Assembly: GCA_030390025.1 (NCBI GenBank) | Contig: CM059425.1 | Coordinates: 30,320,001-30,384,000 of the forward strand | DNA length: 64,000 nt | Direction: 5' to 3' | DNA from: Squalus acanthias | Taxonomy: Eukaryota | Shown here: positions 25,862-37,808 of the stretch, one piece after another | How positions within the stretch are numbered: position 1 is the first letter of the stretch | Layout: each line of letters opens with the position of its first letter | Made by a program: the position numbers and the translations under genes | Notes under the pieces: model-generated | What the model was told of the DNA's origin: nothing | The model's database searches: none | The model's input: only the letters and a program-made list of their open reading frames with translations

Positions 25862-25967
25862 GAGGGTTAATTTCCATGAGGGTTCTACTGCTCATCCGCA
25901 GAACTCCCGGAACAACGGCAAAGTTATGGTGGACAAATGGCAGAACCCCCCGTGGAAACTCAGGCCC
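25862..25967. mobile_element. Short palindromic MITE related to 22207-22366
   Basis: Imperfect inverted ends (AATTTCCATGAGGGTTCT and AGAACCCCCCGTGGAAACT); ATT on both flanks. Confidence 0.55.
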
Positions 25968-27851
25968 ATTATGTTGTGTGAGCTTTAGAAGAAAACACTT
26001 GAACTACTAAAAAGGATAACATTTTCACCAAGAAAAACAAACACAAAAACAGTCTGAGACAGAAATAGGATTGTGAAATAAAGACTCGAGACTAAGAGAA
26101 CAAGCACAGACTAGAGTATAGATTTTGTTGTCTGTGAACACCATTGAGGTGTCATGGTCTGCGTGCTGTGAATCTTTTGCAGGAAAAGAAAAAGTAGTAA
26201 AAACAGAAGGCATTATAAAAATACCAGAAGAAACAATGTATAAAAAATTATGTTTTCACAAAGTCAGTCCAAAGTGAGCATCTGTGAAAGAAAGGAAATA
26301 CCACAACAATCAAAATGGTGTTTAGGTACACTTAGCTGATTTTAATAAAAATTACTCTCTAGTAGAGTAAGAAGAAGAAAGAAAGAGAGGGGTGAGGCGA
26401 GAGGTAGGAAAGATTAAAATGTTGTCCTTTGTGACCAAACTGAAAAAAAGATTAAAAGTAAATAGCCATTTACGAAGTAATGAACTATCTGTGGCTAACA
26501 AAATAACCAAAATACTATTCACTATGTCATCTGAGGGAGATTATAAACGACATGTTTGTTTTTGTGGAGACAGAAGTTGACATGAGCTGGCCAAACATGG
26601 ATGATGCAGAGAGTGATTTGATAACAGAGTTAAATAAGTCAGAAATCATAAGAAAGCAATCAGTGAGATCTGTCAGCAGCAGGGCCCTACCTGAAATGAG
26701 TTAGGCTACTGCAGGCAGGTTTCTAAGGGTTATATCGTCTGTGGAATGAATGAGTATTTCCCATTCTATGTGTTCCCGTGTTTTCAAGAATGGTTGAAGC
26801 ACGGTAAAGGGCCAAACCCATAATTCAGGACACCACAAAAATTGAAAAGAGCAAGTGGTCTTTTTGCGGTCTCAACCACTTCTTTTCTTCTCATTCATTT
26901 CCTGTTATAACCACAAGCTTCTGAAAATGAAGCTCGTACTGAAATTGCTTCCTGAGGTAATTGACTGGTCTTATGCAAGCCGTAATATCTCCTGTCTGTC
27001 GCCTAAACAATTGCTCAAAGGACAGAATATCAACACTTCCTGATTTTTCTTTCTTTTAAAAAATCTGACTGGCGAGTCAGGCCATTGAGCTGGCTGACAA
27101 TAGGATTCAGCCATGTATTGAAAGAAGGCTGTAGGAGAAAGACAATTTTCGATATTGAGAAGAAAACAGACAGCTTAGTTAATGAAGTTGATTCTTATTG
27201 ACAACAGAAATTGTTGCAATAATTACACCAATTGTTAGTTTTCTGTCATTTTTTAAATGTCAAAACCAGGATGAAATGCCAAAACTCATAATGAAGGAGA
27301 CAACCAAAGTTCAAAAGAGTAAGCATACATTTTCCTCAGTTTTTATTTACTAAAAAATAGATGGGAGAAAACAGAAAATTGATGTGAGCAAGAACAGTAG
27401 AAAGCAGTATCTCACAATATTATGCATTGATGTTATTCTGAAAATGTATACAGATTCATAATGAAAAAGCAGCTCAAAATAACAGGTAATTAAAATGAAA
27501 ATACATCATTCATGATCGTATTTGAGGAACATGGCCGGAATTTTAATTTGGAGGTGGGTAGGGAGCGGGGGTCTGGAGAGCAATCGTGAAACCCGGGAGA
27601 ATGGGCTTCCTGCAGGCCCTGCCGAATTTAACGACAGGGTCTGATTAGCATTTCAAATCACTGATTCTTGCCCGCAGCCAGCCAGAGGAAGAGGCCGGCT
27701 GGCTGTCGGGTGGGTAGGCCTGCGGCACCAGGCCGCGGAGAGGAGGGAGAGATTGCGGGGGGGGTGGGGGGGGGGGGGTGGGTCGGAGGCCGGAGGAGGA
27801 TCAGGGCCAGAGGGGGAGGCTGGAGGAGGAGCAGTGCCGAAGGGGGAGGCT

Positions 27852-29552
27852 AGAATCATGGAATAGAATCATAGAATGGTTACAGCACAGAAGGAGGCCA
27901 TTTGGCTCGGCGAGCCCATGCCGGCTCTCTGCAAGAACACTTTAGCTAGTCCCACTCCCCTGTCCTTTCCCCATAGCGCTGCAAATTTTTTTCCTTCAGG
28001 TACTTATCCAATTCCCTTTTGAAAGCCACAATTGAATCTGCCTCCACCTCCCTTTCAGGCAGTGCATTCCAGATCATAACCACTCGCTGCGTAAAAAAGT
28101 TTTTCCTCATGTCACCTTTGGTTCTTCTGCCAAGCACCTTAAATCTGTGTCCTCTGGTTCTTGACCCTTCTGCCAATGGGAACAGCTTCTCTCGATCTAC
28201 TCTGTCTGGACCCTCATGATTTTGAACACCTCTATCAAATCTCCTCTCAACCTTCTCTGCTCTAAGGAGAATAACCCCAGCTTCTCCAGTCTATCCACGG
28301 AACTGAAGTCCCTTATTCCTGGAACCATTCTTGTAAATCTTTTCTGCACCCTCTCTCAGGCCTTCACATCCTTCCTAAAGTGCGGTGCCCAGAAGTGGAC
28401 ACAATACTCCAATTGAGGCCGAACCAGTGTTTAATAAAGGTTCATCAGAACCTCATTGCTTTTGTACTCTGTGGGCTGGATTTTGTGAATGGAGGCGAGT
28501 TGGAGGCGGGACAGCTGCTTGTCGTGTCAATGTCCCGCCTCCATCCTCACCTGACCAACCAGAGGGATTTTCCCCAATTGAGCTTGTTAAGCCCACCCTG
28601 CGGGCTCAGCAGGCCAATTAGGGAGGAAGTCACTGACAGAGCACATCAACGTCAGATGTGCTATCTGTCAAGACTTCTTGAAAGAAGAAATGTCAGCGTT
28701 TGACAGCTCTGTGAAGCTGTCAAACACTGACATTCTCTGTAGTTTGATGAGTCCTTGTGTTCAGGACTCATCAAACCTTTCAAATTTGTAAATTTCACAT
28801 GGCTGTTGGTACGAAGGTTCCAACAGCCAGTCTGTGAAATTGACAAGGAGGATGTCGGCTCTCCCGATCCACTGCGGCTGAAGGCTGTAGGAAGAAAACC
28901 AGGTAAGTGAACACTTTTTAAAACTTATCACTCACCTTGCATACTTACCACTCCACACTTGCACCCATCACTCACCTCTACACCTTACTTCCAGGTGCCT
29001 CCGACCGCCGCAGACCTCCTCCACGTCTCCTCCAACCCGACGGGGTTCTCCGAGGTCGGGAAGCCTTCACCTGTGAAGGTAAAATAGCAATAATCCTTTT
29101 TTCTGCCTGTTAACTACCTGTTAACAGACAGTTAAAAGGATTAAATGCCTTTCCCAGGAGACATGACCCGAAGCTGCACATCTTCCCGCCTCCTGGCAAA
29201 AGGGCACGGAAGCGGGATGGGGGCGGCTTTGCCATCCGCCCCCACTTTCTCCGAATTTACCAGCTGTCCCGCCTCCATGCCCACCTCCTCGGGGCTTGGA
29301 AAATCCAGCCCTATGCCCTTATTTTTGAAGCCCAGGATCCCGTATGCTTTTTTAACCGCTTTCGCAACCTGCCCTGCCACCTTCATCGATTTGTGCACAT
29401 ATACCCCAGGTCTCTCTGTTCATGCACCCCCTTTAGAATTGCACCCTTTAGTTTATATTGCCTCTCCTCGTTCTTCCGACCAAAATGTGTCACTTGGCAC
29501 TTTTCTGCGCTAAATTTCATCTGCCACATTCCACCAGCCTGTCTATGTCTTG
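27852..29552 (-). mobile_element. CR1 3' fragment interrupted by a MITE
   Basis: Tail (ATTCTATG)n at 27852-27878; peptides RTRGHRFKV...FFTQRVVMIWNALP and VAKAVKKAYGILGF. The CR1 sequence rejoins across 28473-29311. Confidence 0.9.
28473..29311. mobile_element. Harbinger-type MITE nested in a CR1
   Basis: Perfect 12-bp TIR GGGCTGGATTTT/AAAATCCAGCCC; flanks TGT/TAT (3-bp TSD with one mismatch). Confidence 0.8.
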
Positions 29553-31001
29553 AAGAGGATGGGGGCCAGAGAGGATGGCTGGAGGAGGATCAGGGCAGGA
29601 GGAGGATTGGGGACGGAGAGGGGAGGCCGAGGAAGGTGATTAGGGGCCAGAGGGGGGAGGTCGGAAGGCCGGAGGGTGGAATCGGAGGCCGGAGGGGGGT
29701 TTGGTGAGGCAGAAGCGCTGGATCCAGCAGTTAAGTGTACTTACCTCCTGGATCCAGCAGTCCTCGTCTCCCTTTAGCTGGCAGGTTCCCCGAGGCAAGG
29801 GAAAGCCGCCCGCCAGCAATTAAATTTGAAGTGGTTGATCACCATGAGGCATGGGGACTTATTATAATATTTAAATGGGCGGCCCATCTCCTGGGAATGG
29901 GCTGACTGCCCGCCCCCTGTCCCGCCTCCATTAAAACCAGATGTGGGCGGGTTGGAGGCAGGTTGGGGTCGGGTTGGAGGTTAAAGAGTTAAAAAACTGA
30001 ATTCTGACCCCCCAAGCCTCCCCGTATGTCAGAATGATTAAGTGCATAAAGCAGCAATTGGTTCCGACTTCAGTTAGTACTTTATTCAAGTACTAACATT
30101 TTAAGTGTCAACATTTTGAGACCTAGACTAGTTTTGATCGCATAAGGGGGTCGGAGAGGAATGTCTCAGATTTTTTCCCCCTTATTGGCCTGGGTTTTAA
30201 TCTGGTTTTTCGCCTCTCCTAGGAGATCACATGGTGTTGGGATGGGCTGGGGAGTCTATATATTGTGATGCACAAGACATCGCAGTTGTGTGGGGACAGG
30301 CTGGATGGACAAGGGTCTTTTCCTGTCTGTTATTGTTTGTAAGATTATTGTTTTTATGTAATGTAATTTTTTCCTGAGTTGAAGGGTTCTAGGTTTTTAT
30401 CCTTTTACTGGTATATATTGCACGATTAAGGATGAGAATGAACATCACGTGTCATCATGTGACCATTAATCAGTGATCACAGGAATCTTTTAAATGAAAA
30501 TTAAATTGTAATGGACATTTGTTGCTGGAGATGATGGGCATGTTTTCTGACTAAATTAAAGAATTGCAAAAGAACTAGTTTAACACTGAAAGTTAAACTG
30601 TTCCAATTCAGTTAAAAAAAAGTTATTGATAGATATGTCAAATGGACTAGAATGAAAAGTTGCAAGTCTTTTCTTGGGGAGAGTGGGGGGGCGTTGTTGA
30701 AGAATGTTTTAAAATCCTCTAAGATATGTTTGCCAGTGATGTGCTCGATATTGAAGTAATTGGAGACAGATACATTAAATTTCCCTGCTGTGCAGGGAGG
30801 AGTGCGAGGCATTTTTTTGTTGGTGTAATGATTGATGCTTGAAATAAATTAGCTTAATTAGTTGCATGGGACCTGTAATTGGTTTACACTCTGGTTTCAT
30901 ATTAATTTGTTTTTGAAATTAGCTGTAGTCCCCACAGCCCTGACATACTTATTTTTCTTCTATGTATTGGCAGAAATTAAAGTCATAGGCAAAAAATAGC
31001 A

Positions 31002-31067
31002 TAGCAAAATACTGCGGATGCTGGAAATCCGAACCCTGGCCTGCTGAGTTTTTCCAGCGTTTTCTGT
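31002..31067. mobile_element. 66-bp miniature Penelope-like insertion made of two opposed element ends
   Basis: CAAAATACTGCGGATGCTGGAAATC (as at 15647) is joined to CCTGGCCTGCTGAGTTTTTCCAGCGTTTTCTGT (as at 16718-16750). The 14-bp TSD GGCAAAAAAYAGCA sits at 30988-31001 and 31068-31081. Confidence 0.8.
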
Positions 31068-31109
31068 GGCAAAAAACAGCAATTTGGTGCCAACCTACCT
31101 GAAGACATT

Positions 31110-31647
31110 GGCCAAGAAACTGGACTTGTGCCCAAAATGGTCATAAAGTCGTTCACGCACCAATCTGTGCCGGCCTGAGGGCCGGTCGAAATTAGTCATT
31201 GGGCCTCATTTGAATTAAATATGCCAATCAGATGTCCCGATACAGCTCAGGATGGTCGAGCTGGTCCGCAGGTAGTTCGGAAGGGGGGGGTTGGGAGCTG
31301 AAGCGGAGGGGGTGAGCCCGAGCCAGCAGTGGCCTGCAATATTCGTGTGAAGCTAGGAGGAACTGCTGTTCCTGGCTCCACAAAAGGGTAACTTTTAAAA
31401 GGTTTTCTGGCCATTTCTTGAGAGACCTCCAGCGGTCCCTTTAAAGATGGCTGAATAGGCTGCACAAGACCTGGTACAACTAGGTGGAGCTTGCACAGCA
31501 CAAGCTCCGCCCATTTGTACATGAATTTCAATCAGGATCCTACAACCGACGTTAGAACCTCAATTTGCGAAGGCAAGGCACCTAATGCCTGTTTCAGGCG
31601 GGTGCTCGGGACACCTAATAGTAGCCTGCTTTCAATTTGGCAGCCCT
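31110..31647. mobile_element. Degenerate Harbinger-type MITE
   Basis: It follows ATT and starts GGCCAAGAAACTGG. Internal motifs resemble the reverse complement of 61172-61480. The right end is uncertain. Confidence 0.4.
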
Positions 31648-31744
31648 CGCATTTCTGGGGAAGATCGTGCACGGAAGATCGTGACGCAAAATTGGTCTTC
31701 CCAACATTCATTTTAGGCCCAAAAAAACCAGGCAAAATGATATT

Positions 31745-32491
31745 GGCCCGTATTTTGCGGTGGGTAATGATAGCGAACTGTCAGCATTCGCCGTCATTAC
31801 CCTTCTGAAACTGACTGTAACTTCAGGATTTAGTGTATGCGCATCTAAACGCGAAAATCCTGAAGTTGCGGTCAGTCATTCACTGCTCCGCCATAGGCTG
31901 CGCTGTGGATCTCCCCCTCCCACCAACCCCCATAGCCAGCAATCAGTGAAATCAGTTGAACTCACACAAACTTGAGGTTTTCCACACTAATATCACTGTT
32001 AAACAACCCATTAAATGTTAAGCCTTGTTGGAATACGTGTAGCTGGGGTTTTAACAGTGAATTGACTGCTAAACAACTGTTCTGGCCCTGAAACCTAATT
32101 TTTATATTTGTGGAATGTCAATTATCTCCATAATGATAAAAATTACAACTTTATGTTTGTTCATTATAGTTCAGCTTCTACCTTAACCCCATGTGTATGT
32201 CCCAATCTTTATTTTGCGCTCTGTAACATTTTTAAAAAGTGCAGATAATCAATGCTTTCCAATTCCTGGTTTGTTGTCTGTGAGAATTCTTCAATGTGAT
32301 TGGCTGCTTAGACAGTTTGATGATGTCGCAGCTGCATTGCGCTAGAAATCCCCTATTCAAAGCACTACAATAAATTACACGTCGAGAATCCTAAAGTTTT
32401 CGCAACAGAGCTCGCGCGATCTCTGTGGGCAGCTTTCTTCGAGGTCAGCGCCAATTGCCGTCGTATCGCCGCTGACTGCAAATTACGGGCC
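31745..32491. mobile_element. Harbinger-type MITE
   Basis: TIRs GGCCCGTATTTTGCGGT and ACTGCAAATTACGGGCC; exact 3-bp TSD ATT. Confidence 0.85.
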
Positions 32492-33121
32492 ATTGAATTT
32501 TTTCCCCCTTTGTACTTTATTTTAATCACAAAACCGAATATTTGTTCAAAAATTACACTGCTTTGGAATAAAAGTTAAATAGGAATCAGCATTTACTTTG
32601 ATTGGACCCCTGAACACAAAACTTTTCTATTGAACATCATTGTTTTCCCCCATAGCTTAAGGATTTGTAGATTGATATTGGCGCACTTCAAATGTCTCAC
32701 CTCAAAGCCAACTGTAAGATGCAGCAGCATCTAAAATACATTTTTCTCAACAGAATCATATAACCCGATTGCCCTGGTTTCTAAATTCGAAAGATTATGC
32801 TTTATTTCAAGGTCTCAAAGTAGAAATGAATATTTTAATTAGCAGTATCACAAATTGTAAAAATTATGCTGGTTTACTTTTAACGCATTAAAAAAGATCA
32901 CCAGCAGCATTCAATAGGACTGATTGCTTCTTACTTCAAAAGGAATCAACCACCACATCCTGAATTGCATAATTAGCTAACTCCTTTCTAAGGAAACTCT
33001 TGTTTATTCGGTCACAGCTAACAAATTTGTGCATCTCGGATTTTGTTTCGATGAAGTTAATGAATTTGGGGCTTGTGTATGTCATTTTAATACCTCTACC
33101 TGAAGACAAACACCCCAAGAC

Positions 33122-33257
33122 CAATGTTCCCTCTAAGCTGCGTGGCCGCACAGTAAGGGAAAGATCTCACGCATGCCGCTCATCGTCTTCTCCATGTAAA
33201 TACCGTGCATGCGCGGAAATTTAAAGGGACCGTACGCTAAATGAAACAGGCCGCGAG
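33122..33257 (+). mobile_element. Possible hAT-type non-autonomous element end
   Basis: CAATGTTCCCTCTAAGCTGCG resembles vertebrate hAT termini. It is CpG-rich, but no partner TIR was seen. Confidence 0.35.
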
Positions 33258-33289
33258 AAAGGTCATCTATTTCATTATAACAAAAAAAG

Positions 33290-33470
33290 GATCAAAAGGG
33301 AAGTTAACGAATTGGTTAGAAAAGAATTCTTAACCCGGAGGATGGTTAGAAGTTGGAATTCTCTGACACAAACCATTGTTAAGGCAGAGCCCATAAATTC
33401 TTTTGAAATGGAATTCAATAGTTGCTTGAAAAAAAGAACCATTAAAGACTATGGGGAACAAGCAGGAGAC
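33290..33470 (+). mobile_element. Degenerate CR1 3' fragment
   Basis: VRKEFLTRRMVRSWNSLTQTIVKAEPINSFEME matches the CR1 C-terminal pattern. Confidence 0.65.
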
Positions 33471-33779
33471 GGCCCCGATTTTAACACAGGTCGGAAAATG
33501 TGCAGGCGGTGGGCAGGGCGATAGGCAAACCCCACTGACACTGCCAGTGTGAGACCTGGGAGATTTTAAATCCTGGGCCTCATTGTAATATGATTGACGG
33601 GCTGACCATGTGATCAAGTCAGGAAACGTGTGGGTACTTGCAGTACAGGATCTTCTTTGCAGTTTGCTTGGCTATTGAATGCTGAGCAAGAAAATTAATG
33701 AACTCCTCAGTTCTCTGATTAATGCTTCAGCAGCATCAGATCTGGGTGTCATGAGTTGCAGTCATTAGGATTATCAGAT

Positions 33780-35050
33780 CCAGGGTGATCATTAACGATC
33801 ATGTCAGAAAACTGGACTTTCAACAATCAGCATTGGATTCTAGAAGAAGCTTTAGACCGGGTTGAAGAAGATCGAAGATCTGTAACCATCGTTCATTTTC
33901 AACCATAGATGTATAGGCAGAATAGTTGCACAGTCCATAAAATTGCCAGTGCTTCATGCTCAGTCTGGCTTTAGCATTCCTCTGTGGAATTGAATGAACG
34001 ACTGGCATAGATGATAGATTTAATTGCATCAGGTCAGGATTATTTTTCTTTACAAGAATGGCTCCCAGGCCCAGCGGACTGGCATTAATATAGATCACTG
34101 TTGGGCAATTAGTATCAAATTAAGCCATTGCTGTATGAGTAGATAACAATTACTTAATATAAAGTCCTCACCTTCAAATTTGAAGACATTCTTTAAGTTG
34201 TTAGTTCTCACAGTGAATGGTTCTGTAATTGCAGCCAAATTGGGAATAAAACAGAAACACTAAGTAACCATGCCGAGAAGACCGTGAAGTTCTGACGTGT
34301 TACCTGGGGCTGCAGCACTGTGGATTGTTTGTACCTTCTTGGAGTCTGGTAATATTCCCTGCTTTGGGAAGAAAAAAACCCAGAACCCAGCCGTACTCTA
34401 CTTGGGAAGACTAAGCCAAAATATTCGAGGTTGTCCATCTAAAACTGCATGCCTCTCATGTAAGCCGATGGAAAAGCCTGGGAACTATGGTGTGAGCTGC
34501 TTCATTCAGTGCATATATCAAAATATCATCACTGTAGAGAAATGCCCTAGACATTGCCTTAAATGTGTCCTCAAAATGAAATAATTTAGACAGACTGAAT
34601 GCTGCAAAGGAAACAGAAAATGCTAATTAAACCATGAAGGCTTATACAAACAGAACATTCCATACCAGGGATAGAAAACAAGCCATCAAGGCCATAGGCC
34701 CACAGGGCTCATTAAGGGCGACATAAAGACATCCTACCATATCTGGATCCATGTGTGATGCCTTTGCTAAGAAAGACTTAAGAAGCTAGGGAGTAAACGA
34801 GTGACCTGGCATACCTGACCAGATAGTGTTTTTAATACTAATGTTCAGTCTTCAGTTTCAGCCCTTAGTTCTCATTTTAGTTCTAGTTCTTTTAGTAATT
34901 CTTGTAATAGTCTTTGTAGTAGAAGGTGTAGGAGTTCTTTAGCATATAGAAGGGCATCGCTGTAAAATTGGAACGTGCATCTCCGACAGTTTTCATTTTT
35001 CCCACTTTAGCACCAGACCTGCCATTGTCTCCACCTTGGCACCAAGACTG
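33780..35050 (-). pseudogene. Decayed Gypsy/Ty3 LTR-retrotransposon internal remnant (gag-like, RT and RNase H)
   Basis: The minus strand has NASPLGLGAILV, then frameshifted YASRSL...SQTEHEALAILW (RNase H) and LEYFGLVF (RT). A possible gag start KWEK...FQFYSDAL lies near 34950-35010. Confidence 0.65.
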
Positions 35051-35060
35051 ATGCTTTCTC

Positions 35061-35457
35061 AACAATTTCAGACCATAACCTCTGCCCCTATTCTTTTTTT
35101 TTCCATTCATTTTTTTTTTACCCTTCATCTAGAGCCATCTTTTGTTTCTTAACTTGTCCCATTACCATCTCCTTTTGCCTTGTACCATCTCTTAATGTCT
35201 CTTAATCTCTCCTGCCTTCCATCCTATCACAGACCTTCCCTTTTGTTCTTTCCTCCCCTCCCCCCTTCCCCTGCCCCTGAACTTGATTAAAAACCTGTTC
35301 GAGCTCCAGCTTTTTCCAGTTCTGATGAAGGGTCATCGACCTGAAACGTTAACTCTGTTTCTCTCTCCACAGATGCTGCCTGACCTGCTGAGTATTTCCA
35401 GCATTTTCTGTTTTTATTTCAGATTTCCAGCATCCGCAGTATTTTGCTTTTGTACAA
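35061..35457 (+). mobile_element. Penelope-like 3' terminal repeat (solo pLTR-like copy)
   Basis: It starts at NNFRP* and ends CAGCATCCGCAGTATTTTGCTTTTG, homologous to 16473-16757. The 10-bp TSD ATGCTTTCTC sits at 35051-35060 and 35458-35467. Confidence 0.88.
35318..35354 (+). ncRNA. Minimal hammerhead ribozyme motif (intact core)
   Basis: AGTT-CTGATGA-AGGGTCatcGACCT-GAAA-CGTT-AACT; only loop II differs from the copy at 15739. Confidence 0.75.
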
Positions 35458-35607
35458 ATGCTTTCTCTATTGCTCTCACATTTCAGTTCCAGTACAAATA
35501 AATTAAAAGGAAGTATCCATTTTATAAAGAAGGACTGGAAGATAAAGTTGCTTTTATGAAGAGCTTAGTGGGTTGCCAGGGGCCACTAGCTCCTGATACA
35601 CAGGTCT

Positions 35608-36840
35608 TAACATAGATACATAGAAGATAGGAGCAGGAGTAGGCCATTCGGCCCCTCGAGCCTGCGATCATGGCTGAGCTTCCAAATTCAGTACCCTGTC
35701 CTTGCTTTCTCCCCATATCCCTTGGTCCCTTTAGCCTTAAGAAATATATCTAACTCCTTCTTGAATATATTTAATGAATTGGCCTCAACTGCCTTCTGTG
35801 GTAGAGAATTCCACAGGTTCACCACTCTCTGAGTGAAGAAATTCCTCCTCATCTCAGTCCTAAATGGCTTACCCCTTATCCTTAGACTGTGATCTCTGGT
35901 TCTGGACTCCCCCGCCATCGGGAACATCCTTCCTGCATCTAGTCTGTCTAGTCCTGTTAGAATTTTATAAGTTTCAATGAGATCCCCTCTCATTCTTCTA
36001 AACTCTAGTGAATATAAGCCTAATCGACCCAATCTCTCTTCATACATCATTCCTGCCATCCCAGGTATCAGTCTGGTGAATTTTCACTGCACTCCCTCCA
36101 TGGCAAGAACATCCTTTCTCAGATAAGGCGACCAAAACTGCACACAATACTCAAGGTGTGGTCTCACCAAGGCCCTGTACAACTGCAGCAAGACATCCTT
36201 GCTCCTGTACTCGAATCCTCTCGCTATGAAGGCCAACATACCATTTGCCTTCTTAACCGCCTGCTGCACCTGCATACTTACCTTCAGCGACTGGTGCACA
36301 AGGACACCCAGGTCTCGTTGCACTTCCCCTTTTCCCAATCTATTGCCGTTCAGATAATAATCTGTCTTCCTGTTTTTGCCACCAAAGTGGATAACCTCGC
36401 ATTTATCCACATTATACTGCATCTGCCCAATCACCCAACCTGTCCAAATCATACTGGAGTTTCTCTGCATCCTCCTCACAGCACACACGCCCACCCAGCT
36501 TTGTGTCATCTGCAAACTTGGAGATATTACATCTAGTTCCCTCGTCTAGATCATTAATATATATTGTGAATAGCTGGGGTCCTAGCACCAATCCCTGCAG
36601 TGCCCTACTAGTCACTGCCTGCCACTCGGAAAAAGACCCGTTTATTCCAACTCTTTGCTTCCTGTCTGCCAACCAGTTCTCTATCCAAGTCAGTACCTTA
36701 CCCCCAATCCCATGTGCTTTAACTTTGCACGCCAATCTCTTACGCGGGACCTTATCGAAAGCCTTCTGAAAGTCCAAATACACCACATCCACTGGTTCTC
36801 CCTTATCTATTCTACCAGTTACATCCTCAAAAAATTCCAG
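35608..36840 (-). mobile_element. 5'-truncated CR1 LINE
   Basis: ORFs 35688-36059, 36084-36515 and 36412-37065 contain [22 protein letters not shown] and LVRPHLEYC. The octamer tail is at 35608-35625. Confidence 0.95.
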
Positions 36841-37667
36841 CAGAGCCAGTAGCCACTCCAGAGTAGACTGGCTGGATTCACTAAGGCTGGTGCCTCGGAA
36901 AACGCATTTTAGGTTTCTGGCCTTAGCGACCCTGGCAAATTTACTTTGGGGTTGCCATTGACTTTCACGAGACCTGCATGTTGGCCCTGGCACTCCACTA
37001 AACCCAAGAAAAAAACAACTTTTAAGAGGTAAGAAAATAACTGAAAGAGTGATAATAAAAAGCAAAAGCAGAGAGCAATGTGTATTACATTAGGTTTAAC
37101 TCTCAATGTGATTGCTAGTTAAATGATTATTTTTTGCATAAACTTTTGCACCAGACAACATCACAGCAGGTCAGTGTAAGGTACTTGCAATATAGCCAGA
37201 GCTATTGCCAACAGATAAAAGTAATGAAGCACGTCCCCATTTTATAGGGCTGTGTATAAGCCAACATTAGATTTATTGAAACCAATGCTCTTCAGTAATC
37301 TTTACATTTGTTAATGCAGAACAATATAAAGTTTAAAAAAAAAGTTGTGTAAAGAAGTTTACAGCAGAGAGGGAGGCCATTCTGCCCATTATGTCTGTGC
37401 TAGCTCTTTGCAAGAGCAATCCAAAATGAATTCCATTAACCTGTGCTCGCCCCAAAGCCCTGTAACTTTCTCTGCCTCGAATATTTATCCAAAGTAGATT
37501 CCATCTTCAAACATTTATCTGAATTACTCATCCATGTTTGAGGTGGCAGTGAAATTCATTGCAAAACTATTAATAAAGATTGTTCATGTATTTTAAATGG
37601 GCCTGGCATTTTGCTTTCAGTCGATAACCTTTTAAATGTTGCGAAGCAAACTAACAATGGACTGTGA

Positions 37668-37808
37668 AACAAAAACAGAAAATGTTGGATATGCACAGCA
37701 GCGGTGAGATTAAACGAATGGTCAACATTTTGAGTGGGACCCTTCCTCGGAACCCATTTGCTGATCAACATGTTGTGTCTTCTCAATATTTTCTATTCTT
37801 ATTTCAGC
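37668..37808. repeat. Old short palindromic Penelope-derived remnant
   Basis: The ends resemble aaaacagaaaatgctgga and ttttctgtttttatttcag. A degenerate hammerhead-like core lies on the minus strand (GTTCCGAGGAAGGGTCCCACTCAAAATGTTGACC). Confidence 0.5.

Larger units (their letters stand above)
27533..30010. mobile_element. Outer Harbinger-type MITE disrupted by a CR1 insertion
   Basis: It starts GGCCGGAATTTTAA. The G-rich ggaggaggatcagggc tract is found on both sides of the CR1 (27790-27850 and 29555-29700). The right terminus is degraded. Confidence 0.55.

Noticed and set aside
26691..26738. 48-nt minus-strand AG...GT microexon candidate
   Set aside because: All three frames contain a stop codon.
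27765..27785. G-run with G-quadruplex potential
   Set aside because: It is a simple homopolymer expansion inside a MITE, with nothing in the sequence indicating function.
32936..33151. 71-aa minus-strand ORF with an acceptor-like site
   Set aside because: I see no recognisable homology, the stop precedes the candidate donor and the start lies in a putative hAT fragment.
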